IMG/VR virus record: IMGVR_UViG_3300006052_000009
Location: 8,895 to 72,894 of that record
From: a virus
Direction: 5' to 3' (one strand)
DNA length: 64,000 bases
Shown here: piece by piece, positions 1 to 7,759 of the stretch
How the letters are laid out: every line of letters starts with the position of its first letter
How positions within the stretch are numbered: the stretch's first letter is position 1
Position numbers and translations under genes: made by a program
Notes under the pieces: generated by a model
Seen by the model: the letters and a program-made list of their open reading frames with translations, nothing else
Database searches by the model: none
What the model was told of the DNA's origin: nothing

Positions 1-791
1 CCGCAGATAGTATTAGACTTAGCCCGAAGGTAAAGACCTCTGGCTGGGTTGACTGGACTGAATATAGCCTTACCAAACTCGTGTCCATGGACAAGGTTCA
101 ACTTGCCCATCTTCATCACCCTCTTCTTAGTTACGATTTCAATATTTCTTTTCTTCGCAAGTTCTCTTTCATCATCGGTAACACCGTGAAGATTAAACAG
201 GTAATTGAAATTTAAAATAGGAAAGTCGGCTACCTCTGGGTGCTTTCTGAGCCACCTCTCAAATCGTTCATCGTGGTTTCCTATCTTAAAAATAATGGCT
301 GCATCAGGAAAATTATTTCTCAAGTCGGTCAAGAATCCCATACACATTCTTAACTCCTCCCACGTACTTATTCTCTCCTCGGGATCCTTCTCGAAGTCTG
401 ACATCTGATAGAAGTCCATCAGGTCACCGCCAAGGATTATCGTATCAACCTTAACCTTTTTAAAATAATTAAGGGCCAACTCAATGGCCCTTTTATCGTG
501 GTAGGGAATATGTATGTCAAACAGTATTCCTATATTTTTTCCGCTGACTATGAATGGTGTGTAATCATTTTTTTTGCCCTCCGGAAGATTATGCGAAATG
601 TAAAATTCCTTGTGAGTCTCTTTCAGTCTAACACTTCGGCAGCCACCGGTTACTGCCCTTATATAAACCCTACCTTCCTCGGCATCCTTAAAATGTGTCG
701 GATGATATTTATACAACAACTCACCCAACTTTTTTTTAGAAAGTGTAGGATACTTTTCGATTAAAGCTCTGGCTTTGTCTGCCTTAGTCAT
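1..791 (-). CDS. Calcineurin-like metallophosphoesterase (runs off the left window edge)
   Basis: Manual translation from ATG 791 (MTKADKARALIEKYP...) contains FDIHIPYHD, GGDLMDF, IGNHDER and VHGHE motifs. It is absent from the ORF track because it has no stop in the window. Confidence 0.85.
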   Translation of the reverse strand, partial: MTKADKARALIEKYPTLSKKKLGELLYKYHPTHFKDAEEGRVYIRAVTGGCRSVRLKETHKEFYISHNLPEGKKNDYTPFIVSGKNIGILFDIHIPYHDKRAIELALNYFKKVKVDTIILGGDLMDFYQMSDFEKDPEERISTWEELRMCMGFLTDLRNNFPDAAIIFKIGNHDERFERWLRKHPEVADFPILNFNYLFNLHGVTDDERELAKKRNIEIVTKKRVMKMGKLNLVHGHEFGKAIFSPVNPARGLYLRAKSNTIC

Positions 792-795
792 TAAC

Positions 796-803
796 CAAAG
801 GTA
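796..803 (-). promoter_or_regulatory. Bacteroidota sigma-A -7 box (TACCTTTG)
   Basis: Matches TAnnTTTG directly upstream of ATG 791. Confidence 0.5.
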
Positions 804-825
804 ATATTTTATAATTAACTGATTG

Positions 826-987
826 TTACCAAATAAGCGTCAGTGACTCGGGCAAGTAGTATCTGATGTATCCTAAAAATCGGCCACACTTGATCTTGAC
901 CTTGTAGTATGGCCAATCGGTACCTATATCTTCCATAATCACACCAAAACCATCGTACCCAGCCTTAACGAAGTCACCGACCTTCAT
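826..987 (-). CDS. Small hypothetical protein (53 aa, MKVGDFVKAG..., KOW/SH3-like start)
   Basis: Manual translation. ATGA overlap with the stop of 984..1244. Confidence 0.6.
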   Translation of the reverse strand: MKVGDFVKAGYDGFGVIMEDIGTDWPYYKVKIKCGRFLGYIRYYLPESLTLIW

Positions 988-1244
988 TTTAAAAGGCGTT
1001 TCAGCGATAACATCAATTCTTCTTTGCGCTCCCTGTTTTCGATAAGACGGTGTAAAATTTCCTCCATTTCCTCCTCATTATCTCTTTCTTTTGCCATTCT
1101 ATGCCACTCCCTTAATGGCATCGAAATGCAATGACCGCCCACATCGATGGTTATCCATCGATTTTTAGTGACATATATTTTATCCGAGTAGTAGTCCTCA
1201 GAATACTCATATATCAACTTATCTTCGTTTTTAGCCTCACTCAT
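984..1244 (-). CDS. Hypothetical protein
   Basis: ORF track. Tightly packed leftward operon. Confidence 0.7.
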   Translation of the reverse strand: MSEAKNEDKLIYEYSEDYYSDKIYVTKNRWITIDVGGHCISMPLREWHRMAKERDNEEEMEEILHRLIENRERKEELMLSLKRLLK

Positions 1245-1245
1245 T

Positions 1246-1434
1246 TCAAAATGTTCCGTAGTTTCTCTCCTGCTCTATAGCCGACCATCTGTTCATGGCT
1301 TCGATAGCACCATCGATCATCAACTTAAGTTCACCTTCAGTCTTTATCTCTTCCCACTCTTCATCGGAGATGTCCTCCTCAAGCGCGAGTGCCTTAACCC
1401 AACACTCCTTCAATATTTTTTCTTCTTCACTCAT
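1246..1434 (-). CDS. Hypothetical acidic protein (MSEEEKILKEC...)
   Basis: ATG 1434 overlaps the TGA of 1431..1784. Confidence 0.65.
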   Translation of the reverse strand: MSEEEKILKECWVKALALEEDISDEEWEEIKTEGELKLMIDGAIEAMNRWSAIEQERNYGTF

Positions 1435-1784
1435 CGCCTCGCCCCTCCAATCTGCCTCCGATTCCCCCACAACGATGGATCCAACTGCGCTGCTTTTGAC
1501 CAGATCGTGTTCATCGCCACCTTACGGCAACCGACCTCTCCGTGGGCCATCTTCGTGACCTCACTCTTCACCCTCCCACTCTGCGTGATGTGGCTCTTGG
1601 TCCTGTTCAAAGCCCAACGCCAGCGGCCTTTACGCACCCTGTGCACAGCGAAGTGCATGCTGTTCACCCTGGCGGTAAGTGCTCGGGTGCCAGAACCCTC
1701 CCAGATGACATTAGGCATTCTTCCCAACAAATTGAATGTTATTGTTGCATTTGTCCCCTTGATCGGTGCATGCTCTACTATCAT
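1431..1784 (-). CDS. Hypothetical protein
   Basis: ORF track. ATGA-coupled on both sides. Confidence 0.65.
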   Translation of the reverse strand: MIVEHAPIKGTNATITFNLLGRMPNVIWEGSGTRALTARVNSMHFAVHRVRKGRWRWALNRTKSHITQSGRVKSEVTKMAHGEVGCRKVAMNTIWSKAAQLDPSLWGNRRQIGGARR

Positions 1785-2002
1785 GGCTTCAACTTATTGA
1801 CATGCATCTTGATGTTGTCCTCCGTGCTACGGATGGCACTGCGCACCTCACCGCTGACACCAGTAACCTTGGCCATCAGCCGTGTCTCGAGTTGCTCGAG
1901 TTTGACCTCGAGTTTATGAGCCTTGTCTTTCACAGAGTTGCTCACAATAATGCCCACAGCAAATCCTATGCTCAGGCAAACGACAATAATGATCATAATC
2001 AT
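1781..2002 (-). CDS. Small membrane protein with coiled coil
   Basis: Hydrophobic N-terminus MIMIIIVVCLSIGFAVGIIV. An AACTAACC leader lies upstream of ATG 2002. Confidence 0.65.
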   Translation of the reverse strand: MIMIIIVVCLSIGFAVGIIVSNSVKDKAHKLEVKLEQLETRLMAKVTGVSGEVRSAIRSTEDNIKMHVNKLKP

Positions 2003-2095
2003 AATTTTTGGGTTAGTTGGTTGTCTTCTTCTTACCGAATACAGCGAATGGTGCGGCAATGAGCGCGACCAGCGCAATGAGAAAATTTTTGCGTT

Positions 2096-2371
2096 TCATG
2101 GTTGATTGGTTACGTCCTCAATCCTTATAGCTGGCTGAACAGTCACCCTGCCACCGTCATTCTTTCGGATCGTAAATCCCTGCCCCTCCACCGAGAATGT
2201 GTCACCCACCTGAAGTTCATAATGATTGCTCATCAATGGAGGATTGTTCAACAGGTCGCACTCCAGTTCGGCTGCCTCATGTAACCTCCACCTTGAGGAT
2301 ATCACGCCCGACTCATCCTGAACGGACCACGATCCGTCTTCCAGGCCTACTACTTTATATATCATCACCAA
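2096..2371 (-). CDS. Hypothetical protein
   Basis: ORF track. Protein-like composition. Confidence 0.65.
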   Translation of the reverse strand: MVMIYKVVGLEDGSWSVQDESGVISSRWRLHEAAELECDLLNNPPLMSNHYELQVGDTFSVEGQGFTIRKNDGGRVTVQPAIRIEDVTNQP

Positions 2372-2477
2372 TTGTTTTCATCGAAGTCCTTGAACATCCA
2401 CATGCACCACCAGAAGTAGGCGATCAACAAGACCAACCCACCCGTAATCACAAACCCAAGTATCTCTAAAAATTCTT

Positions 2478-2867
2478 TCATAAAATGCCGTCTAGTGAAA
2501 TGTCGTCTACTGGCTGAACCTTCATCGCCTCCTTACCAACTGGATCAACAACCTCTTGGCTTTGCTCGGTCGTGTGAACCGTTACCTCTCCTTTCGTGAT
2601 CAATGTTCTGAACATCTCGTCATTGACATGGTGTGAAGTCAAAGTACCTGTCTTCAATGTGTCCTTCGCCATCTTCACATTATCCGGATGAGTAAAAATT
2701 ACTGGCTTGTCAGTCTCCGTGGCATAGTACCTCGTCCGCACCTCATCAAGCAAAAACTCCTTCACTCCCTTGAATCCTCCGTCCTTCACCATCCGTCCGA
2801 TCGCCACCGCCTCGGCCTCACTCACCCTGAAGCTCAGCACCAAACTTTTCTTCTTCTCTCTTGCCAT
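2478..2867 (-). CDS. Ribbon-helix-helix-like DNA-binding protein
   Basis: N-terminal KKSLVLSFRVSEAEAVAI fits the RHH beta-strand/helix pattern. A TACATTTG box lies upstream on the minus strand. Confidence 0.6.
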   Translation of the reverse strand: MAREKKKSLVLSFRVSEAEAVAIGRMVKDGGFKGVKEFLLDEVRTRYYATETDKPVIFTHPDNVKMAKDTLKTGTLTSHHVNDEMFRTLITKGEVTVHTTEQSQEVVDPVGKEAMKVQPVDDISLDGIL

Positions 2868-2921
2868 ACAACAAATGTATAAAAGTTGTTTACAAATACA
2901 AATGCTTTTGTATCAAAGTCC

Positions 2922-3302
2922 TCACTCTTCCCCCAACATGTCCTTCATCCAATCCTCCTGCTCCACCTTCGGCTTCTCCGTACCCCTGATCCTGGCAAGT
3001 CGCTCCTCGCGGGCCTCATTCTCCCTCTCGAGCCTGATCTTCTCCCTCTCGTCCTCACGTATCGCCCTGAGCCTCTCCCTCATCCTCTCCTTCTCCTCGA
3101 GGTCGGCACCCTTCGCGCTAACCTGCTGATCCCTCTGGTGCTTCCTTACCATACCCGCCACATCCGTGCCCTGCGGAATACCCGTCAGACACAGATACTC
3201 AACCATCTCCCTCAGCCCTACCCCGTGCGCCCGACACAGCTCCGTCAGCCTCGCATCATCCTCAAAAGTCAACCGAAATGTCTTCACAACTGTCGTTACC
3301 AT
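2922..3302 (-). CDS. RHH-like regulator with C-terminal charged coiled coil
   Basis: VVKTFRLTFEDDARLTELCRAHGVGLREMV fits the RHH pattern. Start moved to ATG 3302. Confidence 0.6.
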   Translation of the reverse strand: MVTTVVKTFRLTFEDDARLTELCRAHGVGLREMVEYLCLTGIPQGTDVAGMVRKHQRDQQVSAKGADLEEKERMRERLRAIREDEREKIRLERENEAREERLARIRGTEKPKVEQEDWMKDMLGEE

Positions 3303-3309
3303 AGCTTTT

Positions 3310-3537
3310 TTATTTATCGTACTCCCATAATGGACCATCCAGATACACATACCAAACGTCATCGTGCACCGTGTTCAGCCTACCCCTCAACTGAGCCTCC
3401 GTGCACCCGTAATACTCCGCTGCATCCCTGTAATTATCAAACTCCCGAGGCACACTCCCCCCATCCTTATCCAACATCTGGATAAATGCCCTCACCCCTC
3501 GCACCCATACACCTGGCAGTCTTCTCCTCTTTATCAT
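3310..3537 (-). CDS. Small HTH-like protein
   Basis: EFDNYRDAAEYYGCTEAQLRGRL resembles a NUMOD1/HTH segment. Confidence 0.55.
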   Translation of the reverse strand: MIKRRRLPGVWVRGVRAFIQMLDKDGGSVPREFDNYRDAAEYYGCTEAQLRGRLNTVHDDVWYVYLDGPLWEYDK

Positions 3538-3827
3538 AATCCAGCCTCCTCGGCCTCAATCTTTGCCTTCACCTCCGCTAATATCCTCCTCCTGCGCTCC
3601 TTCTTCGCCTCCTTCTCCTCCTTCCTCCTCTGCTCAAGGAACATCGTCTCGTAAGACCTCATGTTCCACAACTTTTTCTTCACATCATCCTCGTCAAATC
3701 CGAACTCATACCTACCAACAAATTGAAGCAGTTCCGACACCGTCATTCCGTACTTCTCACAGACCCTGTTTACATTCAATTTATTGTGCTCTAAGAACCA
3801 CACCGCGATCATCTTTTTTTTCTCCAT
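3534..3827 (-). CDS. RHH-like regulator with charged C-terminal helix
   Basis: KKMIAVWF...VNRVCEKYGMTVSELLQ. First gene after the leftward promoter. Confidence 0.55.
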   Translation of the reverse strand: MEKKKMIAVWFLEHNKLNVNRVCEKYGMTVSELLQFVGRYEFGFDEDDVKKKLWNMRSYETMFLEQRRKEEKEAKKERRRRILAEVKAKIEAEEAGL

Positions 3828-3858
3828 AAAAAACACTGAATTGCTCCGAGTATACTTG

Positions 3859-3866
3859 CAAATTTA
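3859..3866 (-). promoter_or_regulatory. Bacteroidota -7 box (TAAATTTG), leftward promoter
   Basis: TAnnTTTG about 30 nt upstream of ATG 3827. Confidence 0.6.
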
Positions 3867-3982
3867 AGATTAAAAATATAAAATCAAAATACTTTTTTAA
3901 AAAATACTAAAAACACGACTTTTTTAAAACCGCTTTTTTACATGTGTATACAAAGAAAAAATCAGACCCCGAGGAGAAATGT

Positions 3983-4060
3983 GATCACCACAGATTAATA
4001 GGATTTTTGAAGTATACTGTATAAGATATACATAAAAATTCCTATTAAACTGTTGTGATC
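3983..4060. repeat. Imperfect inverted repeat with ~33-bp arms
   Basis: GATCACCACAGATTAATAGGATTTTTGAAGTATA pairs with TATACATAAAAATTCCTATTAAACTGTTGTGATC. Confidence 0.85.
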
Positions 4061-4106
4061 GTTTTTGTAATACAAAATCCTTTGAAAAATGACCGAAAAA
4101 TCACCA

Positions 4107-4136
4107 TGTTTACAGAAATGTTTACAAATGTCTACA
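4107..4136 (+). repeat. Three tandem TGT(T/C)TACA boxes
   Basis: Copies at 4107, 4119 and 4129. Related boxes lie near 2888 and 5143, next to promoter-like sites. Confidence 0.55.
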
Positions 4137-4139
4137 AAT

Positions 4140-4162
4140 TTGTTTAGAATCATTCCAAATAA
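4140..4162. promoter_or_regulatory. 23-bp palindromic operator, copy 1
   Basis: TTGTTTAGAATCATTCCAAATAA against the consensus TTATTTAGAAnnnTTCTAAATAA. Confidence 0.55.
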
Positions 4163-4455
4163 GCACCAAAATCCCAGAAATCAGCGTGTAACAGTAGTTT
4201 TAACACCCAAAATCACCCCCAAATTTGCTTTTGACAAAAATCACCCCTATTTTCACATAAAATGACACCAAAATTCCGCACGCTTACGTCAATGCACCTC
4301 CCGCACCAATGTCCCCCCGCGAGTCCCGAATTGGGCTTTTGGTTTTCTGAGGGGTGGGGAGTCGATTTTCCCAAAAAGAGAATCCAAAACATAATGCTTT
4401 TATCTGATTGTCAGCCGGTTACAAACTATTTAACATAATACAAATTATATAACAC

Positions 4456-5022
4456 ATGGAAACTGATGGGTTGAATGGCCAAAAGCCTGTTTCTGATGGG
4501 GTTTCACGTGAAACGCGAGCGAGCGCGAATGATGGAGGCACATGGTTATTTAGAAACAGTCTAAATAGGAGGGATATACGACTCAACAGGATTGACGAGA
4601 GGATAATACACATCAAGACAAAGAGGAGGCTTTGTACTTACTTTGGATCTCTTGGATATGAGACAAAGTTTTATTTGACTGATCGAGTATTGAACACGTT
4701 GGGAATATTTGAATTATGGTGTGTGATGAATAATAAAATTGCTGGTAGTATCAAGAACATTGTTCATTGGTCGGGTTACTCTTCATCGTGGGTGAGGGAC
4801 TACACATGGGGAATGAATAAGTGTGTTGAGTTAGGATATTTGGAGAGGATAAAGTTCAAGAGGGGTTATGTAATTGGATTGACTGAGAAGGGACAGAGAA
4901 TAATTGAGATGTACGATAAGATGTGGGATGTAGTGATCAAGGAGATTGAGGGTAGGGGAAATGTATTGATCGAGAAGAGGGGAAATAAGGCAGTTTCATT
5001 CGAGCGCAAATCTGCAGCGTAA
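4456..5022 (+). CDS. Winged-helix DNA-binding protein (true start uncertain)
   Basis: C-terminal MNKCVELGYLERIKFKRGYVIGLTEKGQRII is a MarR-like wing. The 5' part overlaps the parS-like and operator palindromes. Confidence 0.6.
   Translation: METDGLNGQKPVSDGVSRETRASANDGGTWLFRNSLNRRDIRLNRIDERIIHIKTKRRLCTYFGSLGYETKFYLTDRVLNTLGIFELWCVMNNKIAGSIKNIVHWSGYSSSWVRDYTWGMNKCVELGYLERIKFKRGYVIGLTEKGQRIIEMYDKMWDVVIKEIEGRGNVLIEKRGNKAVSFERKSAA
4501..4514. promoter_or_regulatory. parS-like palindrome GTTTCACGTGAAAC
   Basis: Perfect 14-bp core of the chromosomal parS consensus TGTTTCACGTGAAACA. Confidence 0.65.
4546..4568. promoter_or_regulatory. 23-bp palindromic operator, copy 2
   Basis: TTATTTAGAAACAGTCTAAATAG. 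Confidence 0.55.
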
Positions 5023-5034
5023 AAAAAATCCAGG

Positions 5035-5057
5035 GTAATTAGAATGGTTCTAAATAA
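5035..5057. promoter_or_regulatory. 23-bp palindromic operator, copy 3
   Basis: GTAATTAGAATGGTTCTAAATAA, upstream of the early operon. Confidence 0.55.
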
Positions 5058-5197
5058 TACGTGTTGGTTCTCAATGCGTTGAGTTGCATGTAATATTGAT
5101 GTAAGGTTATTTCTACAAGATATTTTGTAGTTCAAAGAATTTTGTAGACATTTGATGTGTCAAGTGAGGGATAAAACACTTCTAAACGATCAAGAAT

Positions 5198-5534
5198 ATG
5201 AACACACATTTCGACATTAATGAGCATGGGTGCAGAGACTTCCCGAAAGAGTCTCAATTAGAATTGGTACGTGCGATGGCACGTTCACAGATAGTATGGT
5301 CATGGGGTGCGCATGCATGGGCAAACGTATATGACAAGGGATTGAGGTTTTAGAGTCAATGGTCACCATCACAAAGGTCTTGTGTACATTGTTGTGAATG
5401 GTAGCGACTTGTTCGATGTGTATCTGACTGACAACAAAGGTAAGATCAAGGAGAGTCTGATTGATGTGTATGTTGAAGACTTGATTAACACGATCGATCA
5501 GAGAGTTGAATACATTGATGCATACAAATTTTAA
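5198..5534 (+). pseudogene. Hypothetical protein split by a 1-nt frameshift at AGG TTT TAG (~111 aa if joined)
   Basis: Frame 1 reads MNTHFD...VWSWGAHAW...KGLRF*. The +1 frame continues RVNGHHHKGLVYIVVNGSDLFDVYL...DVYVEDLINTIDQRVEYIDAYKF* with no start of its own. Confidence 0.7.
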
Positions 5535-5553
5535 TCTTAAACAATAAACGATC

Positions 5554-5706
5554 ATGAAAACGATTAGCACAACTGACGAGTTAGTTGCCATGAAGGCGAG
5601 ACTCACACATTTCGAAGATGCGTATCAGGCATTAAATTCTGCTTGGATAAATGCGGAGTATGAATTTAATGATGGCATTCTTAATACTAATAATCCTACA
5701 GACTGA
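5554..5706 (+). CDS. Hypothetical protein (50 aa)
   Basis: Manual translation MKTISTTDELVAMKARL.... AAACGATC leader. Confidence 0.55.
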   Translation: MKTISTTDELVAMKARLTHFEDAYQALNSAWINAEYEFNDGILNTNNPTD

Positions 5707-5858
5707 AGACGGATTAAAGACGAGTGTTCGAATAGAGGAGCATCAATTTAAAGAAATACTGAACACATTTAAGAGGTGAATTACCATCCTGTGGGTGATT
5801 GGTTTTGCCCACAGGAGCAATGCGAATATTCGCAGATATTAAAAACAATAAACGATCT

Positions 5859-6563
5859 ATGGAAACTTATGTAGCGACAAGGGAGCAATTGATGGGAGTA
5901 TCATTGCCCGAACAAACGAAGACTTACAAACCTGTAAGCCATGCACAATTGATTGACTTGACATTGGAGTCTATTGACAAGTCAGGATTTAAGTTAGCGA
6001 GTGAGGAGTATTCAGCATCACAGAATGGTCAGATTGCCAACGGCAAATTTGCGATTGCAAACTTGTTTGACACAGAGATGCAATTACAGATCGGATGGCA
6101 GAATAGTTACAACAAAAAACTGACCTTGAAGTTTGCCATTGGTTCGCGCATCTTCATCTGCTCGAATGGATGTGTACGTGGTGACTTTGGTAGTTTTAAA
6201 AGAAAGCATGTGGGTGATGTGCAGGAATTCACACCAGAGGCGATCACGGAATACATCAAGAGGAGTTCGGATGTGTTCACCTTGATGCAATCAGAGAGGG
6301 ATGCCATGAAGTCTGTGGGACTGACGGCTCGCGATCGTTCTACCTTGGTGGGTAGGATGTTCTTGGAGGAGGAATTGATCACAGCGACACAGCTAGGCAT
6401 CATTGCACGGGAGATCAAGGCACCGACACACGATTATAATGCCGAGGACAGTCTATGGGAGTTGTACAACTACACCACGTTTGCCTATAAGGAGATTAAC
6501 CCAGCATTGTGGATGAGTCAGCATATGAGTGCGCATGAGTTTTTTGTGTCACTCACCAAGTAG
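5859..6563 (+). CDS. DUF932/DUF945-family protein
   Basis: TKTYKPVSH...NSYNKKLTLKFAIGSRIFICSNG...SLWELYNYTT motifs. ATG 5859 follows an A-rich leader. Confidence 0.8.
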   Translation: METYVATREQLMGVSLPEQTKTYKPVSHAQLIDLTLESIDKSGFKLASEEYSASQNGQIANGKFAIANLFDTEMQLQIGWQNSYNKKLTLKFAIGSRIFICSNGCVRGDFGSFKRKHVGDVQEFTPEAITEYIKRSSDVFTLMQSERDAMKSVGLTARDRSTLVGRMFLEEELITATQLGIIAREIKAPTHDYNAEDSLWELYNYTTFAYKEINPALWMSQHMSAHEFFVSLTK

Positions 6564-6601
6564 AATGGTTCGTTGGGGAGGTTCGACTCCTCCCCTACTT
6601 G
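6557..6601 (+). ncRNA. tRNA-like minihelix (acceptor-like stem plus T-arm)
   Basis: GGGGAGG-TTCGACT-CCTCCCC hairpin (6575-6595) enclosed by CAAGTAG/CTACTTG. No D-arm or anticodon arm. Confidence 0.5.
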
Positions 6602-6621
6602 CAAACTAATTTTTAACGATC

Positions 6622-6801
6622 ATGTACACACAACTAACCATTGAACAGGCCTTGGCTGAGCTGATCAGCCTCCACGGAGTATTGATTAAGATTAAGGACG
6701 CGCCAGGCATTGAGCCGGTGCTCAAGACATTGGATTCTGCCTACAAGGCATTGGACGACATGGCTCAGGATTATGCAAACTATTTGGAGGAAAGGAGGTA
6801 A
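6622..6801 (+). CDS. Hypothetical helical protein (59 aa)
   Basis: Manual translation MYTQLTIEQALAELISLHG...YLEERR*. Confidence 0.65.
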   Translation: MYTQLTIEQALAELISLHGVLIKIKDAPGIEPVLKTLDSAYKALDDMAQDYANYLEERR

Positions 6802-6805
6802 CGCC

Positions 6806-7465
6806 ATGAATACAAAAACGATTAACGGAATCAAATACATCGTTTACGAGGCTGGTATGGTCTTAAGCGATGAAACAAAATCATACTATTTCGAAAATGA
6901 TTTGGATTATGATGGGGATTTGAAATGCTTGTATTTGTATGCAATCAAAAGCGTAACGGTCCGAGGCAATCAGGATGTCCGAGGCAATCAGTATGTCGGA
7001 GGCAATCAGTATGTCGGAGGCAATCAGGATGTCCGAGGCAATCAGTATGTCGGAGGCAATCAGTATGTCGGAGGCAATCAGGATGTCCGAGGCAATCAGT
7101 ATGTCGGAGGCAATCAGTATGTCGGAGGCAATCAGTATGTCGGAGGCTATCAGTATGTCGGAGGCAATCAGGATGTCCGAGGCTATCAGTATGTCGGAGG
7201 CAATCAGGATGTCCGAGGCCATCAGGATGTGAGGTACCTCATTGTTTACTGTTTTTGCAAATATCCTATTAGATTAGATAGAGATTCCGATGAAATAAAA
7301 ATTGGATGTGTCTCTAAAACTACGGATGGATGGAATGACTTTTTCGATAATAAGCAAACTATTTCTATGAGTGCAGAGGATAGAAACTATAAGAAACTGG
7401 CCGCTGCTTTGAATGCTGCCATTGCGATGAGGGATGTTTTAAAAGTTATGAACGATAAGCCATGA
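6806..7465 (+). CDS. Hexapeptide-repeat (beta-helix-like) protein
   Basis: 15 x V(R/G)G(N/Y/H)Q(D/Y) followed by an IKIGC...W domain. Start moved to ATG 6806. Confidence 0.8.
   Translation: MNTKTINGIKYIVYEAGMVLSDETKSYYFENDLDYDGDLKCLYLYAIKSVTVRGNQDVRGNQYVGGNQYVGGNQDVRGNQYVGGNQYVGGNQDVRGNQYVGGNQYVGGNQYVGGYQYVGGNQDVRGYQYVGGNQDVRGHQDVRYLIVYCFCKYPIRLDRDSDEIKIGCVSKTTDGWNDFFDNKQTISMSAEDRNYKKLAAALNAAIAMRDVLKVMNDKP
6959..7228 (+). repeat. 15 x 18-bp tandem repeat
   Basis: Unit GTC(C/G)GAGGC(A/T/C)ATCAG(G/T)AT. Confidence 0.95.
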
Positions 7466-7575
7466 TCGTCATCTATTGGAACGGTCATCGCTGGGAGTTT
7501 AACGATCAAGAGGGATATGCATTCCTTGAGTATTGGAAGTTAAAGGGTGATGGCGCAAATGTATTTAAGAAATGA
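7462..7575 (+). CDS. Small hypothetical protein (37 aa)
   Basis: MIVIYWNGHRWEF.... ATGA-coupled on both sides. Confidence 0.55.
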   Translation: MIVIYWNGHRWEFNDQEGYAFLEYWKLKGDGANVFKK

Positions 7576-7757
7576 GGAAAACCAAAAAACCTGAATGGAT
7601 CAAGAAAGCAATTCGCAATCAAAATGCGAGGAAGAGATACTTTATGAAACGATATGGTAATCTTGATCGCATGGAAGTGATTGAGGCAAAATTTCAACAC
7701 ATGATGGATGAATGGTCATTCAATGATGAACTTAAAAAAATGGAAGATATTAAATGA
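7572..7757 (+). CDS. Hypothetical basic protein
   Basis: ORF track. Confidence 0.6.
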   Translation: MRKTKKPEWIKKAIRNQNARKRYFMKRYGNLDRMEVIEAKFQHMMDEWSFNDELKKMEDIK

Positions 7758-7759
7758 CT

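Noticed and set aside
5788-5817. Hairpin CCTGTGGGT/GCCCACAGG whose loop is complementary to the AAAACCAAT leader at 36309
   Set aside because: A single 9-nt match in AT-rich sequence is within chance, so it was not promoted to a finding.
6557-6601. Complete tRNA gene
   Set aside because: Only about 45 nt long, with no D-arm or anticodon arm. Kept as a tRNA-like element.
6959-7228. Possible CRISPR array
   Set aside because: The units are contiguous 18-mers without unique spacers and are in frame within a CDS. No cas genes are present.
6881-7272. Alternative-frame repeat ORFs (ASDILI, RQSVCR, MSEAIS)
   Set aside because: These are by-products of a stop-free 18-bp repeat. Only the VGGNQY frame has sensible flanking domains and a leader.
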